Shown: positions 31,733 through 41,709 of the stretch, in pieces
Layout: every line of letters begins with the position of its first letter
Numbering within the stretch: position 1 is the first letter of the stretch
Assembly: GCA_963817895.1 (NCBI GenBank)
Contig: CAWFQB010000005.1
Coordinates: 845,858 to 909,857 of the forward strand
From: an uncultured Chthonomonadaceae bacterium
Lineage (GTDB): Bacteria; Armatimonadota; Chthonomonadetes; Chthonomonadales; Chthonomonadaceae
Length of the DNA stretch: 64,000 nucleotides
Reading direction: 5' to 3'
Program-made: the position numbers and the translations under genes
Notes under the pieces: model-generated
The model's input: the letters and a program-made list of their open reading frames with translations, nothing else
Databases searched by the model: none
Told to the model about the DNA's origin: nothing

Positions 31733-33562
31733 TTACGGGCATAATTTCACACGGCCGGCGCTGTCTACCAGATGTGCCCCCTGCAAATCGGCGTACCGTC
31801 CCTCCTGACTCATCAATTCCTCGTGTGTGCCGAGTTCCACGATCTGCCCCTGCTCCAGCACGGCGATCTGGTGCGCCGTGCGAATGGTCGTCAGGCGGTG
31901 CGCGATGACAATGGTGGTGCGGCCTTGCATCACGCGCTCCAGCGCTTCGCGCACAAGGGTTTCGCTGCGGGTATCGAGCGCGCTTGTGGCCTCATCCAGA
32001 ATCAGAATACGCGGGTTTTTCAGCACGGCGCGGGCAATCGCCACCCGCTGCCGCTGCCCGCCCGAAAGCGTCACGCCCCGTTCGCCAATCATGGTGTCGT
32101 ATCCCTGCGGAAACTGCGCGACGAATTCCGCCACATTCGCGGCCTGCGCAGCGGCTTCCACATCGGCGTCCGTTGCCGTTAAATTGCCATAGCGGATGTT
32201 GTCGCGCAGAGTGCCGTTGAACAGAACCGGGTCCTGCGGCACAAGCCCGATATGTTCGCGCAGTTGCGCCCGCTTGATGCGGGTGACGGGAATGTTGTCA
32301 ATGGCGATGCTTCCCGCCTGCGTCTCATAAAAGCGGTACAGCAGGGCGGCAAGCGTGGTTTTGCCCGAACCGCTCGGACCGACAAGCGCGGTCACTTTGC
32401 CGGGTGGCACATCAATGGATAAATCGCGCAATACGGGCGTTTCGGGCGTGTACGCGAATTCTACATTGCGGAATATAACATGTCCCAGACTGTCGGGAAA
32501 ATCAACCGCGTCGGGCAGGTCGGGCGGTTCGGGCGCGTCGTCGAGCAGGGCGAACAGACGATCCGCCGCGCCAATCGCGCGCTGCAAACGGGCGTACTGC
32601 ATCGCCAGAGCGCCCATCGGCCCGCTGATAATGGTAATCGTCAGCAGAAAGGCGACAAGCGAACCGGGGGAAAGGGTTCCGTTCAGCACGTTATGCCCGC
32701 CGTACCAGACCACGCCGAGCAGCACAAGGGTAAATCCGCTGAACGCGACGATTCCGAACGCGCTTTCCAGACGGCTGGCCTTCATGCTCAGGTCGAACAT
32801 GCGCGCGAGTTTTTCTCCCACGCGGCCATCCTCATGCGGTTCGCGGGCAAAGGCTTTCACCAGACGAATGTTGGCGAAGGCTTCGCTCATGGTTCCCATT
32901 GCGTCTGATAGAGCATCTAAACTGGCCCGGTTCAGACTGCGCAGTCGCTTGCCGTTGACAATGAAGAAACTCATCACGAGCAGCAGGAGGAACACGACAA
33001 TGGCGGTCAACCGCCAGTCAATGATGATGGCGAGCGCGATACCGCAGACGAGGGTAATCAGGTTGCCCGCAAGCTGCACGAGATCGCTGGTCAGGGTCAT
33101 TTGCAGTTGGCTGACATCGTTGGACAGGTGGGACGTGAGATCGCCGGAACGAACGCGGTCGAAAAAGGAAACGGGCAGGCGCTGCAAGTGCGCGAACAGT
33201 TTCTGCCGCATCTCCATCACGATGCGGTTGCCCGCATACGCCATGAGCAGGAATTGCCCGTAGCTGAACACGGAACCGAGGATAATCAGGCCGATCAATC
33301 CCATGCCCAGTTGGTCGAGCAGGTGGGCGCGGCGGGTGTGGGTAAACTGGTCAATGGCGTAGCGCGTGACGAGCGGGAGGGACAGGGACACGGCTGTAGA
33401 CAGCAACATCAGGATGCCCGCCACAATCAGTACGGGGCGATACGGCGCGGCCAGAGCCAGCAGGCGGCGCATAGCCGTAAGGGATACTTTGCCTTTGGCG
33501 TCCGGCTCCAGAGAATTTGTAGCCGCCGTTGGAGTCGGCGGGGAAACGTTTGAGTTACTCAT
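31733..33562 (-). CDS. ABC exporter (MsbA-like, fused TMD-NBD)
   Basis: GPSGSGKT, LSGGQRQR, LDEATSALD. Confidence 0.95.
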   Translation of the reverse strand: MSNSNVSPPTPTAATNSLEPDAKGKVSLTAMRRLLALAAPYRPVLIVAGILMLLSTAVSLSLPLVTRYAIDQFTHTRRAHLLDQLGMGLIGLIILGSVFSYGQFLLMAYAGNRIVMEMRQKLFAHLQRLPVSFFDRVRSGDLTSHLSNDVSQLQMTLTSDLVQLAGNLITLVCGIALAIIIDWRLTAIVVFLLLLVMSFFIVNGKRLRSLNRASLDALSDAMGTMSEAFANIRLVKAFAREPHEDGRVGEKLARMFDLSMKASRLESAFGIVAFSGFTLVLLGVVWYGGHNVLNGTLSPGSLVAFLLTITIISGPMGALAMQYARLQRAIGAADRLFALLDDAPEPPDLPDAVDFPDSLGHVIFRNVEFAYTPETPVLRDLSIDVPPGKVTALVGPSGSGKTTLAALLYRFYETQAGSIAIDNIPVTRIKRAQLREHIGLVPQDPVLFNGTLRDNIRYGNLTATDADVEAAAQAANVAEFVAQFPQGYDTMIGERGVTLSGGQRQRVAIARAVLKNPRILILDEATSALDTRSETLVREALERVMQGRTTIVIAHRLTTIRTAHQIAVLEQGQIVELGTHEELMSQEGRYADLQGAHLVDSAGRVKLCP

Positions 33563-33593
33563 ATCCTTTATTGTACGCCAAAACTGCTGTGAA

Positions 33594-33884
33594 AGAAAAG
33601 GAGAAAAGGAGAAGAGGAGAAGAGGAGAAAGAAAACATCTGACGTTGTGAATTTTGCGGCAGGGGTAAGGAAGGCGGGCAGAACTGCCGATACTGTAAAC
33701 GATTCGAGTTCACCTTCCTTTCCTGGGTGGCAGGCTTTTCTCTCCTTTTGCCTGCCACTCTTTTTTCGCCTGCTTGTTTCTGTATACTCCTCTTTCCGGT
33801 CTTTTCTTTTGCTTTTTTTCGTGTGTTTGGCGTATTTCGCGGTTCCCCCTCTCCTCTTCTCCCCCTCTCCTTTTCTCCTTTTCT
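33594..33884. repeat. Inverted octamer array (GGAGAAAA)n ... (TTTTCTCC)n
   Basis: 35-nt arms at 33594-33628 and 33850-33884 with 2 mismatches; abuts the stop of the 33883 gene. Confidence 0.85.
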
Positions 33885-36477
33885 ATCTGCTTGCCGGCAG
33901 TCCTTCCAACATGCGCAACGTTTGCGGAATAGTCAGTTCCGTCAGGTCGAAGGTAAGGCCGCGCCAGTCCTGAGCGGCGCGCTGTGCCACTCTGCCGACG
34001 GCGTAGGCCAGGGCTTGCGGATTGCCGTATGTGCCGCGCAGGTTGAGCAGGGGTTCGGAAGAGCCGGCGAACGCTTTTTCACGTCCTTCGCTGTCGCCCC
34101 AGTACATGGGGTTGATGGGAATTCGTTCCGGCGCGTCCCATTTGCCGTGCCAGCTGAGGTTCGGATCGGTATAGGAACTGGCGCGGTCATCCAGGTACAG
34201 GGGCAGGCCGGGCGCGGATTGATGCAGAGTGGCGTAGATTTGGGCAAGCGCCTGTTTGTTGCGGGTCAGGCGGAAATCCGTCAGGGGTTTCCAAAGGTCG
34301 TTGCCGCGATCCTCAAAAAATGGCAGGGTGGGGGTAAGACTCAGGTTATTGGAATAGGCCGCCGCGTCAATCGGGTCGAAGCCCTCTTTGCGAATACAGG
34401 CAAGGCGGGTTTCCACGTCATAGCCCAGATGCCCATCACGCCAGATGCCGTCGCCCCCGCCCGGATCACCCGCGCAGCCGGGAGCCGCCGTCGCTTTGAG
34501 GGCAAAGGCGCAAAGGCCGGGAACCTGTGACAAGCGGGACAGGAGGGGCATCACTTGCTTCTCGTCCCAAACCTGCCAGCCGGCCATTTTAACGAGATCG
34601 GCCTGAACGTCGGGCTTTCCCGCGCCTCGGCGGGCAGCTAACTGCGCGCCTGTTTCGCCAAAAACGTTGACATCTTCCTGTCCGGCCAGGCCATTGTTAC
34701 GCAGCAGGGAAACCGCTACGCCAATGCGCAACCCAACATCTTTTCCCGCTGTGACCGCAATTTTCAATCGTTCGGGCGCGGCAGCGTCGTTGAGCAGAAC
34801 GCGCAGCCATGTTTCCGTAAAGCCTTTGCTTTTGGCGGCAACAAGTAATGCGGCAATGCTTTTGGCGTCCGGGGGAAGGTCTGCAAGCAGAACGCGCTTT
34901 TTCAATGTTGCGGGCATGGGCATTGGCGGGGCGGGAACAGGGGTGGATAGTGGGGCCGCAACCGCGTGAGCCGGGAGAGTGGCTAAATTTTGCAGATAGT
35001 GTGAGCCGATGTTTTGCGCAAAGGGGACTTCCAGAGCCGCGCCGTTGGGAAGCACATACTGCGCGGAAAGCTGCGTTCCAACCCTTACCCTGTCCATGCG
35101 GAATTTTGTGCCGTCTGCGGAAAACCCTTCTAAATGAAAGTCGAGGGACCTGCGCAGGGGTTCCGGCAGGTCGGCGGGATTGATTTCGGTTTCCCGCGAA
35201 GCGCGATAAGCGTCGTCCGCGCGCTTGAGCAGATCAGGCGGGAGAGCGAAGGGATCGCCGGGCGCGAACTTGATGTGAGAAAGCGGGTCGTTTTTCGCGG
35301 TTGCGCCTTCCAGTTCCTGCATCGCCTTGTACCGGGCAATGCCGGCTTCTTCGGCCCACTCGTCCAGATGTTCAAAGCGCGTCCCGATGCCCTGTATGTC
35401 ATCCGTCAGCAGGAACGTGGACGCGCCCACCTGTCGAAACGCGCCCGTCACCGACCAGCACAGCGCCTGCAAAATCTCGCCTGCCCTCGCGCTTTGATTG
35501 GGCGCAATCCGCGTGACAACGCGCAAATCGGCAAGACGCTTATCGCACAGCAGTTCCATTCCCGTCGCCTGCGCCACTCTTTGCAGCAGGTCCTCCAGCG
35601 GTTCCTCTTTCTCATTCAGGGCAACCTGCGCCCGCATTTTCGCCGATTTGAAATTGAGTTGGCTGCGCTTCAAGGCGTTGGGTACGGCGCGGATGATGGG
35701 AACGCCCAGCGCGAAAACGTCTGTCTTGCCGCTGTCGTCCGGTGGCTTATCTGCCCGCGCTCCGCCGCCGATAGGCGACATGGTATGCTCTTCACCCGCG
35801 TCCGCCGGACGGGCAGTGGCCCGGTAGCCGTAATCCTTCGCGCCCTCTCTGGCGAATTGAAACGTCGTCTGGCGAATCAGGCGCAGGCGGGCCATATTGG
35901 GATTGAATTCCTGCTTATCGCCCTGATACTCAGCGCGATATTCGTTTGGTTTGTCGCCGGGAACGAATCTGGCGCGCTGAATAACAAGTTGTTCGGGCAG
36001 GAGTTCGGCAAAAAGCGCCTTCTGCTGGTCGTTCAAATCTCCCGCGCCGATGCCCTGCCCGCTTCCAGCCAGTTCCCACTGTGCCGGATTCAGTAACGCC
36101 AGGAGGACTTTGAGACACTCATGCGCTTTCAATCCGGCAAAGGGATTGGGCTTGCCGGGATGCTCTTCGAGTACGCGCATGGTTGAAGGGACAATTACGG
36201 TCAGTCCACCGACAACGACAACGCGCCGCCCAAGCGCTTCCGTCAGCGCGGACAGCGACGTTTTGCCTTTTGCAGACGTGTAAACAGCCCACACGTCCGA
36301 CGCTTCAATTAGCAGGAGGGGGCCGCGTTTCGCCGCGTCGTAGGGTAGGGTGTCGAGCAAACCGGGAGGTTTCGCGGGCGTGGTTTGCGCGGCCTGCGCA
36401 CGCGCGGGAAGCGTGGACAAGGCGAAGAAGCTGACGGCGCAGCAAAGGACCGGCGCGACGAAGCAGAAGCGGCGCAT
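33883..36477 (-). CDS. Large secreted hypothetical protein
   Basis: 864-aa ORF with signal peptide ending ARAQ. Confidence 0.75.
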   Translation of the reverse strand: MRRFCFVAPVLCCAVSFFALSTLPARAQAAQTTPAKPPGLLDTLPYDAAKRGPLLLIEASDVWAVYTSAKGKTSLSALTEALGRRVVVVGGLTVIVPSTMRVLEEHPGKPNPFAGLKAHECLKVLLALLNPAQWELAGSGQGIGAGDLNDQQKALFAELLPEQLVIQRARFVPGDKPNEYRAEYQGDKQEFNPNMARLRLIRQTTFQFAREGAKDYGYRATARPADAGEEHTMSPIGGGARADKPPDDSGKTDVFALGVPIIRAVPNALKRSQLNFKSAKMRAQVALNEKEEPLEDLLQRVAQATGMELLCDKRLADLRVVTRIAPNQSARAGEILQALCWSVTGAFRQVGASTFLLTDDIQGIGTRFEHLDEWAEEAGIARYKAMQELEGATAKNDPLSHIKFAPGDPFALPPDLLKRADDAYRASRETEINPADLPEPLRRSLDFHLEGFSADGTKFRMDRVRVGTQLSAQYVLPNGAALEVPFAQNIGSHYLQNLATLPAHAVAAPLSTPVPAPPMPMPATLKKRVLLADLPPDAKSIAALLVAAKSKGFTETWLRVLLNDAAAPERLKIAVTAGKDVGLRIGVAVSLLRNNGLAGQEDVNVFGETGAQLAARRGAGKPDVQADLVKMAGWQVWDEKQVMPLLSRLSQVPGLCAFALKATAAPGCAGDPGGGDGIWRDGHLGYDVETRLACIRKEGFDPIDAAAYSNNLSLTPTLPFFEDRGNDLWKPLTDFRLTRNKQALAQIYATLHQSAPGLPLYLDDRASSYTDPNLSWHGKWDAPERIPINPMYWGDSEGREKAFAGSSEPLLNLRGTYGNPQALAYAVGRVAQRAAQDWRGLTFDLTELTIPQTLRMLEGLPASR

Positions 36478-36504
36478 GGCGTTTACTCTCCCATTGCCAC
36501 CATT

Positions 36505-37089
36505 TTACAGTGGCTTCAGGCGTGAGGCGAGAAGGGCGCGAACGGGTTGGTAGAAAGGTTGTTCAAAGTCGGAGGTGTTCAGCGTGAGCAGGTCGCCCTC
36601 TATGGCGAGAGGGTCCTGTTCCTCACCGCGCAGCAAAAAGGCTTTCATCTCCTCCAGATGCTTCAAGCCCTGATGCCCCGGATGCCGATTGGTTTGTTCG
36701 CGCCGAATAAAGCGTTCGAGCAGAATGGGGCCGTCCGCTTTCAGTTGTATCTGCATTACGTGAAAATCAAAGCGCGGTTTCAGTTGCGCAAGCCGGGGCG
36801 AAAACAGGCGGCTGTCGAAATTGGCTTCCAGAATCAGGCTTTGCCGCGCTGCCAGCATGGTTTCGGCCACAAACAGCAGGCTGTCCATGCTGAACCGCCC
36901 AAGCAGGCGCGACAGGTCGCGGGGAATGTCGCTCGCGCCGCTTGTTTCCGTTACGGCATCGTACATGCGCTCCTTGAAGCCGTCTTTGTAGAAAAACGGT
37001 AGGCCGAACTCCTGCGCAATCCGGCGTCCAAGCGTGGTTTTGCCGGTGCAGGGCGGGCCGGTAATTATAACAAGCACGGGCAGGGACAT
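36505..37089 (-). CDS. P-loop kinase (AAA_33-like)
   Basis: ITGPPCTGKTT, ILEANF, RHPGH. Confidence 0.85.
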   Translation of the reverse strand: MSLPVLVIITGPPCTGKTTLGRRIAQEFGLPFFYKDGFKERMYDAVTETSGASDIPRDLSRLLGRFSMDSLLFVAETMLAARQSLILEANFDSRLFSPRLAQLKPRFDFHVMQIQLKADGPILLERFIRREQTNRHPGHQGLKHLEEMKAFLLRGEEQDPLAIEGDLLTLNTSDFEQPFYQPVRALLASRLKPL

Positions 37090-37163
37090 ACGCGCTCCCG
37101 TCAGCCAGAAGAAGAGAATTTAGCCGCGAATACACGCGAATGAATGCAAATATACATTCCTGG

Positions 37164-37424
37164 TTAGCGTCTCTCTTCAATAATGGTTTTTGAAAGCGGC
37201 TTGCCCTGAATGGGTACTGCCGGGGCTTCTGAGAAATTCACCGGGGGCGTTTTGATCTTTTTGACTATTCCGGCGTCAAGCAATGCCTGATGAACAGCAG
37301 CGCGTTTCTGCGCGTCCGTCATGGGTTCAAGCTGCTATTTGACCGCCTGATTTACTTGAAGTAACTCGTCCGGTTCGAGCGTCTTGATCTGTTCAAGAAT
37401 GTGAGTGAGTGTTGCCTGCGCCAT
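37164..37424 (-). pseudogene. Orphan antitoxin-like gene with in-frame TAG at codon 30
   Basis: GGAGG SD; MAQATLTHILEQIKTLEPDELLQVNQAVK*QLEP...IQGKPLSKTIIEERR. Confidence 0.6.
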
Positions 37425-37565
37425 ATCAGCCTCCCTGACAAATTTCACGGAGAATATTCTCCATAGAACCGTATTTTCCTGCTGCCAACGTCAAATACGG
37501 CCTGCTGTAACAGACAGCAGGCCGCAGATGTTAGTTTCAGAAACACAGTTGTGTTTTCGCCGTGA

Positions 37566-40169
37566 CTACTTACCTGTGAACTGTTTGAGTTCGGCTTCGG
37601 TGAGTTTGTCTTTGCCATCCTTGCCGATTTGTATGGCGTTTTTGCCCAATCGGACAATCACTTCATCACCAACGGAGGAGTACGCGGCAAGACTGGGAAC
37701 GGCGCGTAACAGGGCGAAATGCGCGTCGCTGTACGCCTGTATTTTCAGCAGGCCGTTGGCTTTGGCGTCGTAGGATTGATCCTGCCAGATGTTGCTGGCC
37801 TGCCGGTAGAAGGTTCGGTCATGGACGGCCTGTACCACAACCGCGTTGTTGTCGCCGGAGGATGCGGAGAATACGCCCAAGCTGTTGCCTTGCGACCGCG
37901 CCCCTCCGAAGTTGCCTGTTTTGGCTTTGCCGGCGAACACGGCTTGCGGCAGGTTGACGCTACCTGTACCGATGGAACCGCCTGCGCCCCCGCCTCCCAA
38001 ACCGCCGGTGCCACCGCCGCCACTCGAAAGCGCGTAGACGCCCCCGTTCGCCGACTGGTAGCGTGGCGCGACTGTATCAGCGTTTTTGTAGTCTTTGGCC
38101 CGCGCGCTCTGATCGGTCACGCCTAATCCGGTTGCGCCGTACTGTGCCGCGCGACCGGCCACTTCCCGGCGCAAAATCTGGCTGTTCGCTTCGTCCAGTT
38201 TGAACAGCGAACCGTCCCTGCCGCGCAGACTGAGGGCGCGTTGTTCGCGGTCATCCACGAGGAATGAGGTGTACTCCGTGATGATACCGTATTCCCGCGA
38301 CAGGCGCACAATCTCATCAATCAGTTCTTTGTTCCCCTGCGGGCTTGTCGCGGCGTTCAGCCGCAGTTGGTCAATTAAAAAGCCGATTTTGCGCTGCGCC
38401 CATAAACGCGGCACAAAGCCGTTTTCGCCGCCCGCGCTGCCGAACGGCGCGCCCGCTTTGAATGTCTCCTGGCTGTCGTTCGCCATTCCTGCCAGATGGA
38501 CTGTTCCCGACCTGTCGCCCCGGAACCGCCCCGTAATCACCAATTGTGACCCTTTGAACAGGTCGGGCAGTTGTTTGGGAAAAACATCGTACACGTCCCC
38601 GCCATCGAACGCCAGTTTCACATTCGACAGCACAGGCGAGGCGACTTTGGCGAAGAAGGAGGATACTTTCACTTCCACATCCTCTTCCGGCTTGATAAAA
38701 TCGCTATCTCCCCGCTCCTGTTCGCCCAATCGGTCCAGAAACGGCACATTCACGTCGAACCCCAACCCGAAGCAGAAGATTCGCGCCTGCGTATTAACCT
38801 CAGCATCCCCCGCCTTCGCTTCTTCTAATTTCGTCTCTTTCAACCCCGCCAATCGCGTTTGATGGGAATTGCCTTTTCCCTCTTCCCTCTTCCCTTTTCC
38901 CTCACCCGCCTGCGCCAGATGTTTCGCGCCGTTCAGTTCGCGGGCGTGCTGTAAAATGGTGTTGATGTTGGTTTCGCCCACAGTGGGCAGGCCGTCCGTC
39001 AGGAATACCACCATCTTTTGGGTTCCCGCATCGTCCTTGACCAGTTTCAGGGCGGCGCGGAGAGCCTCATCAATGTTGGTTCCGCCCGACGCTTCGATGT
39101 TCTCCACGAACTTGCGGGCGCGGCTGACGTTCGCCTCGCTTGCCGGTTCCAGCTTGGGCATCAGGATTTCCGCCGACTCGCTGAAGGTAATCACGTCGAA
39201 ACGATCCTCTTTATGTAGGCTGTTCAGGCAATAGAGGAGGGATTTTCGCGCCTGTTCGATCTTCTTGCCCGCCATCGAACCCGTTCTGTCCAGCACGAAA
39301 ACAACCTGTTTGGGCAGAATTTTTTCTTTGGGAATGGACACGCGGGGCGAGGCAAGCAGGACAAAATAGCCGTCCCGATCCCCGCTCTTGTACGTCAGCA
39401 GGGACATGCCCACATCCTCATTGTTTGTGCTGAAATACAAACTCAGGTCGCGATCCGAAGCGTCGTTGCTGCCCTCATAAGAAGCGGACGCGCTGTGTTC
39501 ATCGGTTTTGCGCACCGCAAGCTCGTGCGTGGGCGAATAGATGTTTTTGATGGGCGATTGCGTGGCGAGTTTGATGCTGACAACCGCTGTTCCCACCGGA
39601 CGCGCGCCGAAACGGGACGTGGAAAGCGGGTAGGCGTATTTGCGCAGGCCGTTTTCGGGTTTCAGCACTTCCGTATAGCGCAGGGAGATTTTGCGTTCGC
39701 CATGCGCGGGTATGGGATACACGCTGATTTTCACCAGACCGCGCCCGACGTATTCCAATAGAGCCGGGTCGCGCCGCCGCCGCACAATCTCCTCGTAAAT
39801 GCCCCGCGCCTCTTCCCGCGTTAAAATTTTGGGTTCCAGCGTCCGGTCGCCAACGGTCATGCTGAACGCGGTCGGGCTTGCGCCCTCCGGCAGGGGGTAC
39901 AGATACGTGCCCTCCTGCTCCACGCTGCTGTCGTTGACGAAGGTTTGCTCCACAACGGTTTCGGCAACCGCGTCGTGAATGGTGGCGTTGACCCGCAAAT
40001 CCTTCACGTAAAACGGCTGCAACAGGGGTACAGGAACGGGAATGGGATGCGTCGGGCGAACGTGGGCTTCAGGAAACAGGATTCCCTGCGCCTGTCCGGG
40101 CTGCGCCATGCCTGCCGTCGCCAGCAACGCGGCAGTGGTCCCTAAAAATGATTGAAAACGACGGTTCAT
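37566..40169 (-). CDS. Secreted VIT + VWA domain protein
   Basis: VIT (VEQTFVN, YLYPLP); MIDAS DRTGS, GGTNI, FLTDG; RLWAQRKI, ITEYTSFLV. Confidence 0.92.
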   Translation of the reverse strand: MNRRFQSFLGTTAALLATAGMAQPGQAQGILFPEAHVRPTHPIPVPVPLLQPFYVKDLRVNATIHDAVAETVVEQTFVNDSSVEQEGTYLYPLPEGASPTAFSMTVGDRTLEPKILTREEARGIYEEIVRRRRDPALLEYVGRGLVKISVYPIPAHGERKISLRYTEVLKPENGLRKYAYPLSTSRFGARPVGTAVVSIKLATQSPIKNIYSPTHELAVRKTDEHSASASYEGSNDASDRDLSLYFSTNNEDVGMSLLTYKSGDRDGYFVLLASPRVSIPKEKILPKQVVFVLDRTGSMAGKKIEQARKSLLYCLNSLHKEDRFDVITFSESAEILMPKLEPASEANVSRARKFVENIEASGGTNIDEALRAALKLVKDDAGTQKMVVFLTDGLPTVGETNINTILQHARELNGAKHLAQAGEGKGKREEGKGNSHQTRLAGLKETKLEEAKAGDAEVNTQARIFCFGLGFDVNVPFLDRLGEQERGDSDFIKPEEDVEVKVSSFFAKVASPVLSNVKLAFDGGDVYDVFPKQLPDLFKGSQLVITGRFRGDRSGTVHLAGMANDSQETFKAGAPFGSAGGENGFVPRLWAQRKIGFLIDQLRLNAATSPQGNKELIDEIVRLSREYGIITEYTSFLVDDREQRALSLRGRDGSLFKLDEANSQILRREVAGRAAQYGATGLGVTDQSARAKDYKNADTVAPRYQSANGGVYALSSGGGGTGGLGGGGAGGSIGTGSVNLPQAVFAGKAKTGNFGGARSQGNSLGVFSASSGDNNAVVVQAVHDRTFYRQASNIWQDQSYDAKANGLLKIQAYSDAHFALLRAVPSLAAYSSVGDEVIVRLGKNAIQIGKDGKDKLTEAELKQFTGK
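38872..38903 (-). repeat. In-frame heptamer array (AGGGAAR)x4 inside the VWA domain
   Basis: Translated as EGKGKREEGKG, within an apparent insertion before RIFCFG. Confidence 0.7.
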
Positions 40170-40341
40170 GGCTTGTTTCTCCTTACGTGATAACCGTGAC
40201 CCACGCGACGGAATGAATTCTACAAGTGTTGAAAGCCTGTCTGCTGCAACGGAATGAATTCCTTTGCTATGGGCGCTTCGCGCCAAATGTCCTTCGGACA
40301 TAACTCTCTTTGCAGAGACTCGCGTGTCCGAAGGACACTTA

Positions 40342-41470
40342 TGGACAAATCAGTTAAACATGGTACACTGAGGTATGAGCCAACGAACTTTTCACCTCAA
40401 TGAAGCCGACGCCAACGCATTGAACGCTGCATACCTGCATTGCAAGGATGCTAACACTAAAAGCCGCTACCAAGCTGTTCGTCTGTATGGCTTGGGCTAC
40501 TCTGTTGCCGAAATCCAAGACATCTGCGGGTGTAGCCGTACTCGCCTATTCTGCTGGACACGCGCCTATCAGGAACACGGCCTCACCGCGCTCGTGGATG
40601 CCCGACGCGGCGGCAACCGGGCGCGTCTATCGGGCGAACAACTCGAAGCCTTGCAGAACCAGTTGCATCGCTACACTCCCACTCAGTTGTTGGGCAAGGA
40701 GAAATGCCAGGGGGACGGGCAGTTTTGGAGTGTCTCCGATCTTGTCACCCTCTTAGCCCGTGACTACAACGTTGTATACCAGAGCCGGACGTCCTTGCGC
40801 ACCCTGCTGCGTACCTGCGAGATGAGCTACCAGCGTCCTGAGAAACAATATAAGAGCCACAACGCGACCAAGCTCATGGAATTCGAGGAACACCTGGAAA
40901 AAAAATCCTCGATGTGGCGTTAAACGCGCCCAAGACGATCTTACTCGCGGGCGACGAAGCCAGCGCGTACCTGCAAGCCACCTTGATGCGCGTGTGGGCC
41001 AAGAAAGGCCACACGCCGGTTGTGCCCGTAAGTGCCAGTCGGGACAACACGCACTTCTACGGAGCACTCAATATGGCAACCGGCAAGGAAACCCTGTTGC
41101 GCTCCGCCTTGATGAACAGCGAGGTATCCGCCTTGTTCTTGCAGAAGTTGCTCGACGCCTACCCGAACTTACCTCTTCTGCTGTTATGGGATCGCGCTCC
41201 CTGGCACAAAGGCGAAGCGGTTCGCGCGGTTCTGGAAGCGAACCCGCGCTTGGAAGTCCTGTGGTTTCCACCCGGTTGCCCGGAGTTGAACCCGCAGGAA
41301 CATGTCTGGAAAGCCGCCAGAAAAGCGGTCGGACACAACCATCAATGTGCGACGCTTGCCGTTTTAGCTGAAGAGTTCGAAACCTACTTGAAGACAGCAG
41401 AATTTCCTTGCTCGCTTCTGGAACAGCACAACTTTCCAGTGCTATGTACCATGTTTAACTGATTAGTCCA
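40342..41470 (+). mobile_element. IS630-family insertion sequence (1129 bp)
   Basis: 26-bp TIRs TGGAC(A/T)AATCAGTTAAACATGGTACA with 1 mismatch; flanked by TTA on both sides. Confidence 0.93.
40375..41462 (+). CDS. IS630 transposase, -1 frameshift at A8 (40898-40905)
   Basis: HTH ORF 40375-40923 and DDE ORF (GDEA, WDRAPWH, PELNPQEHVW) in the -1 frame. Confidence 0.9.
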
Positions 41471-41605
41471 TTAGCCTTGGGCTTCACAGCAAAGGAATTC
41501 ATTCCGTTGTAACGTTGCGGCGTTCAAACAAGCGGGCTTTCAACACTTGTAGAATTCATTCCGTCGCGTCCTGCGGCATAGCGCGACTTATAAAAACAGA
41601 GTAAA

Positions 41606-41649
41606 GCGGCTATTCCTTATCACATAAGAATGTGAAAGGGAACAGCCGC
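41606..41649 (-). terminator. Probable terminator of the MFS gene
   Basis: GCGGCTATTCC..TCACA / TGTGA..GGAACAGCCGC stem with a T-rich tail on the minus strand. Confidence 0.5.
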
Positions 41650-41709
41650 GAAACGCGCAAACTGTTCGCCGTTTAGACGGCGCAGGTTCGACAAACGTTA
41701 CATCCCCGT

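Larger units (their letters stand above)
40203..41569. repeat. REP/MITE-like nested palindrome split by IS630
   Basis: Perfect 35-bp IR at 40203-40237 / 41535-41569; second IR at 40247-40268 / 41488-41509; GTCCTTCGGAC/GTCCGAAGGAC core. Confidence 0.85.

Noticed and set aside
27788..37337. Amber (TAG) recoding suggested by two in-frame TAGs
   Set aside because: TAG ends many intact genes here (ppx, hisI, ccmC, ccmE, ccmF), and the two sites imply different residues (Tyr versus Gln/Glu). Nonsense mutations are the simpler explanation.
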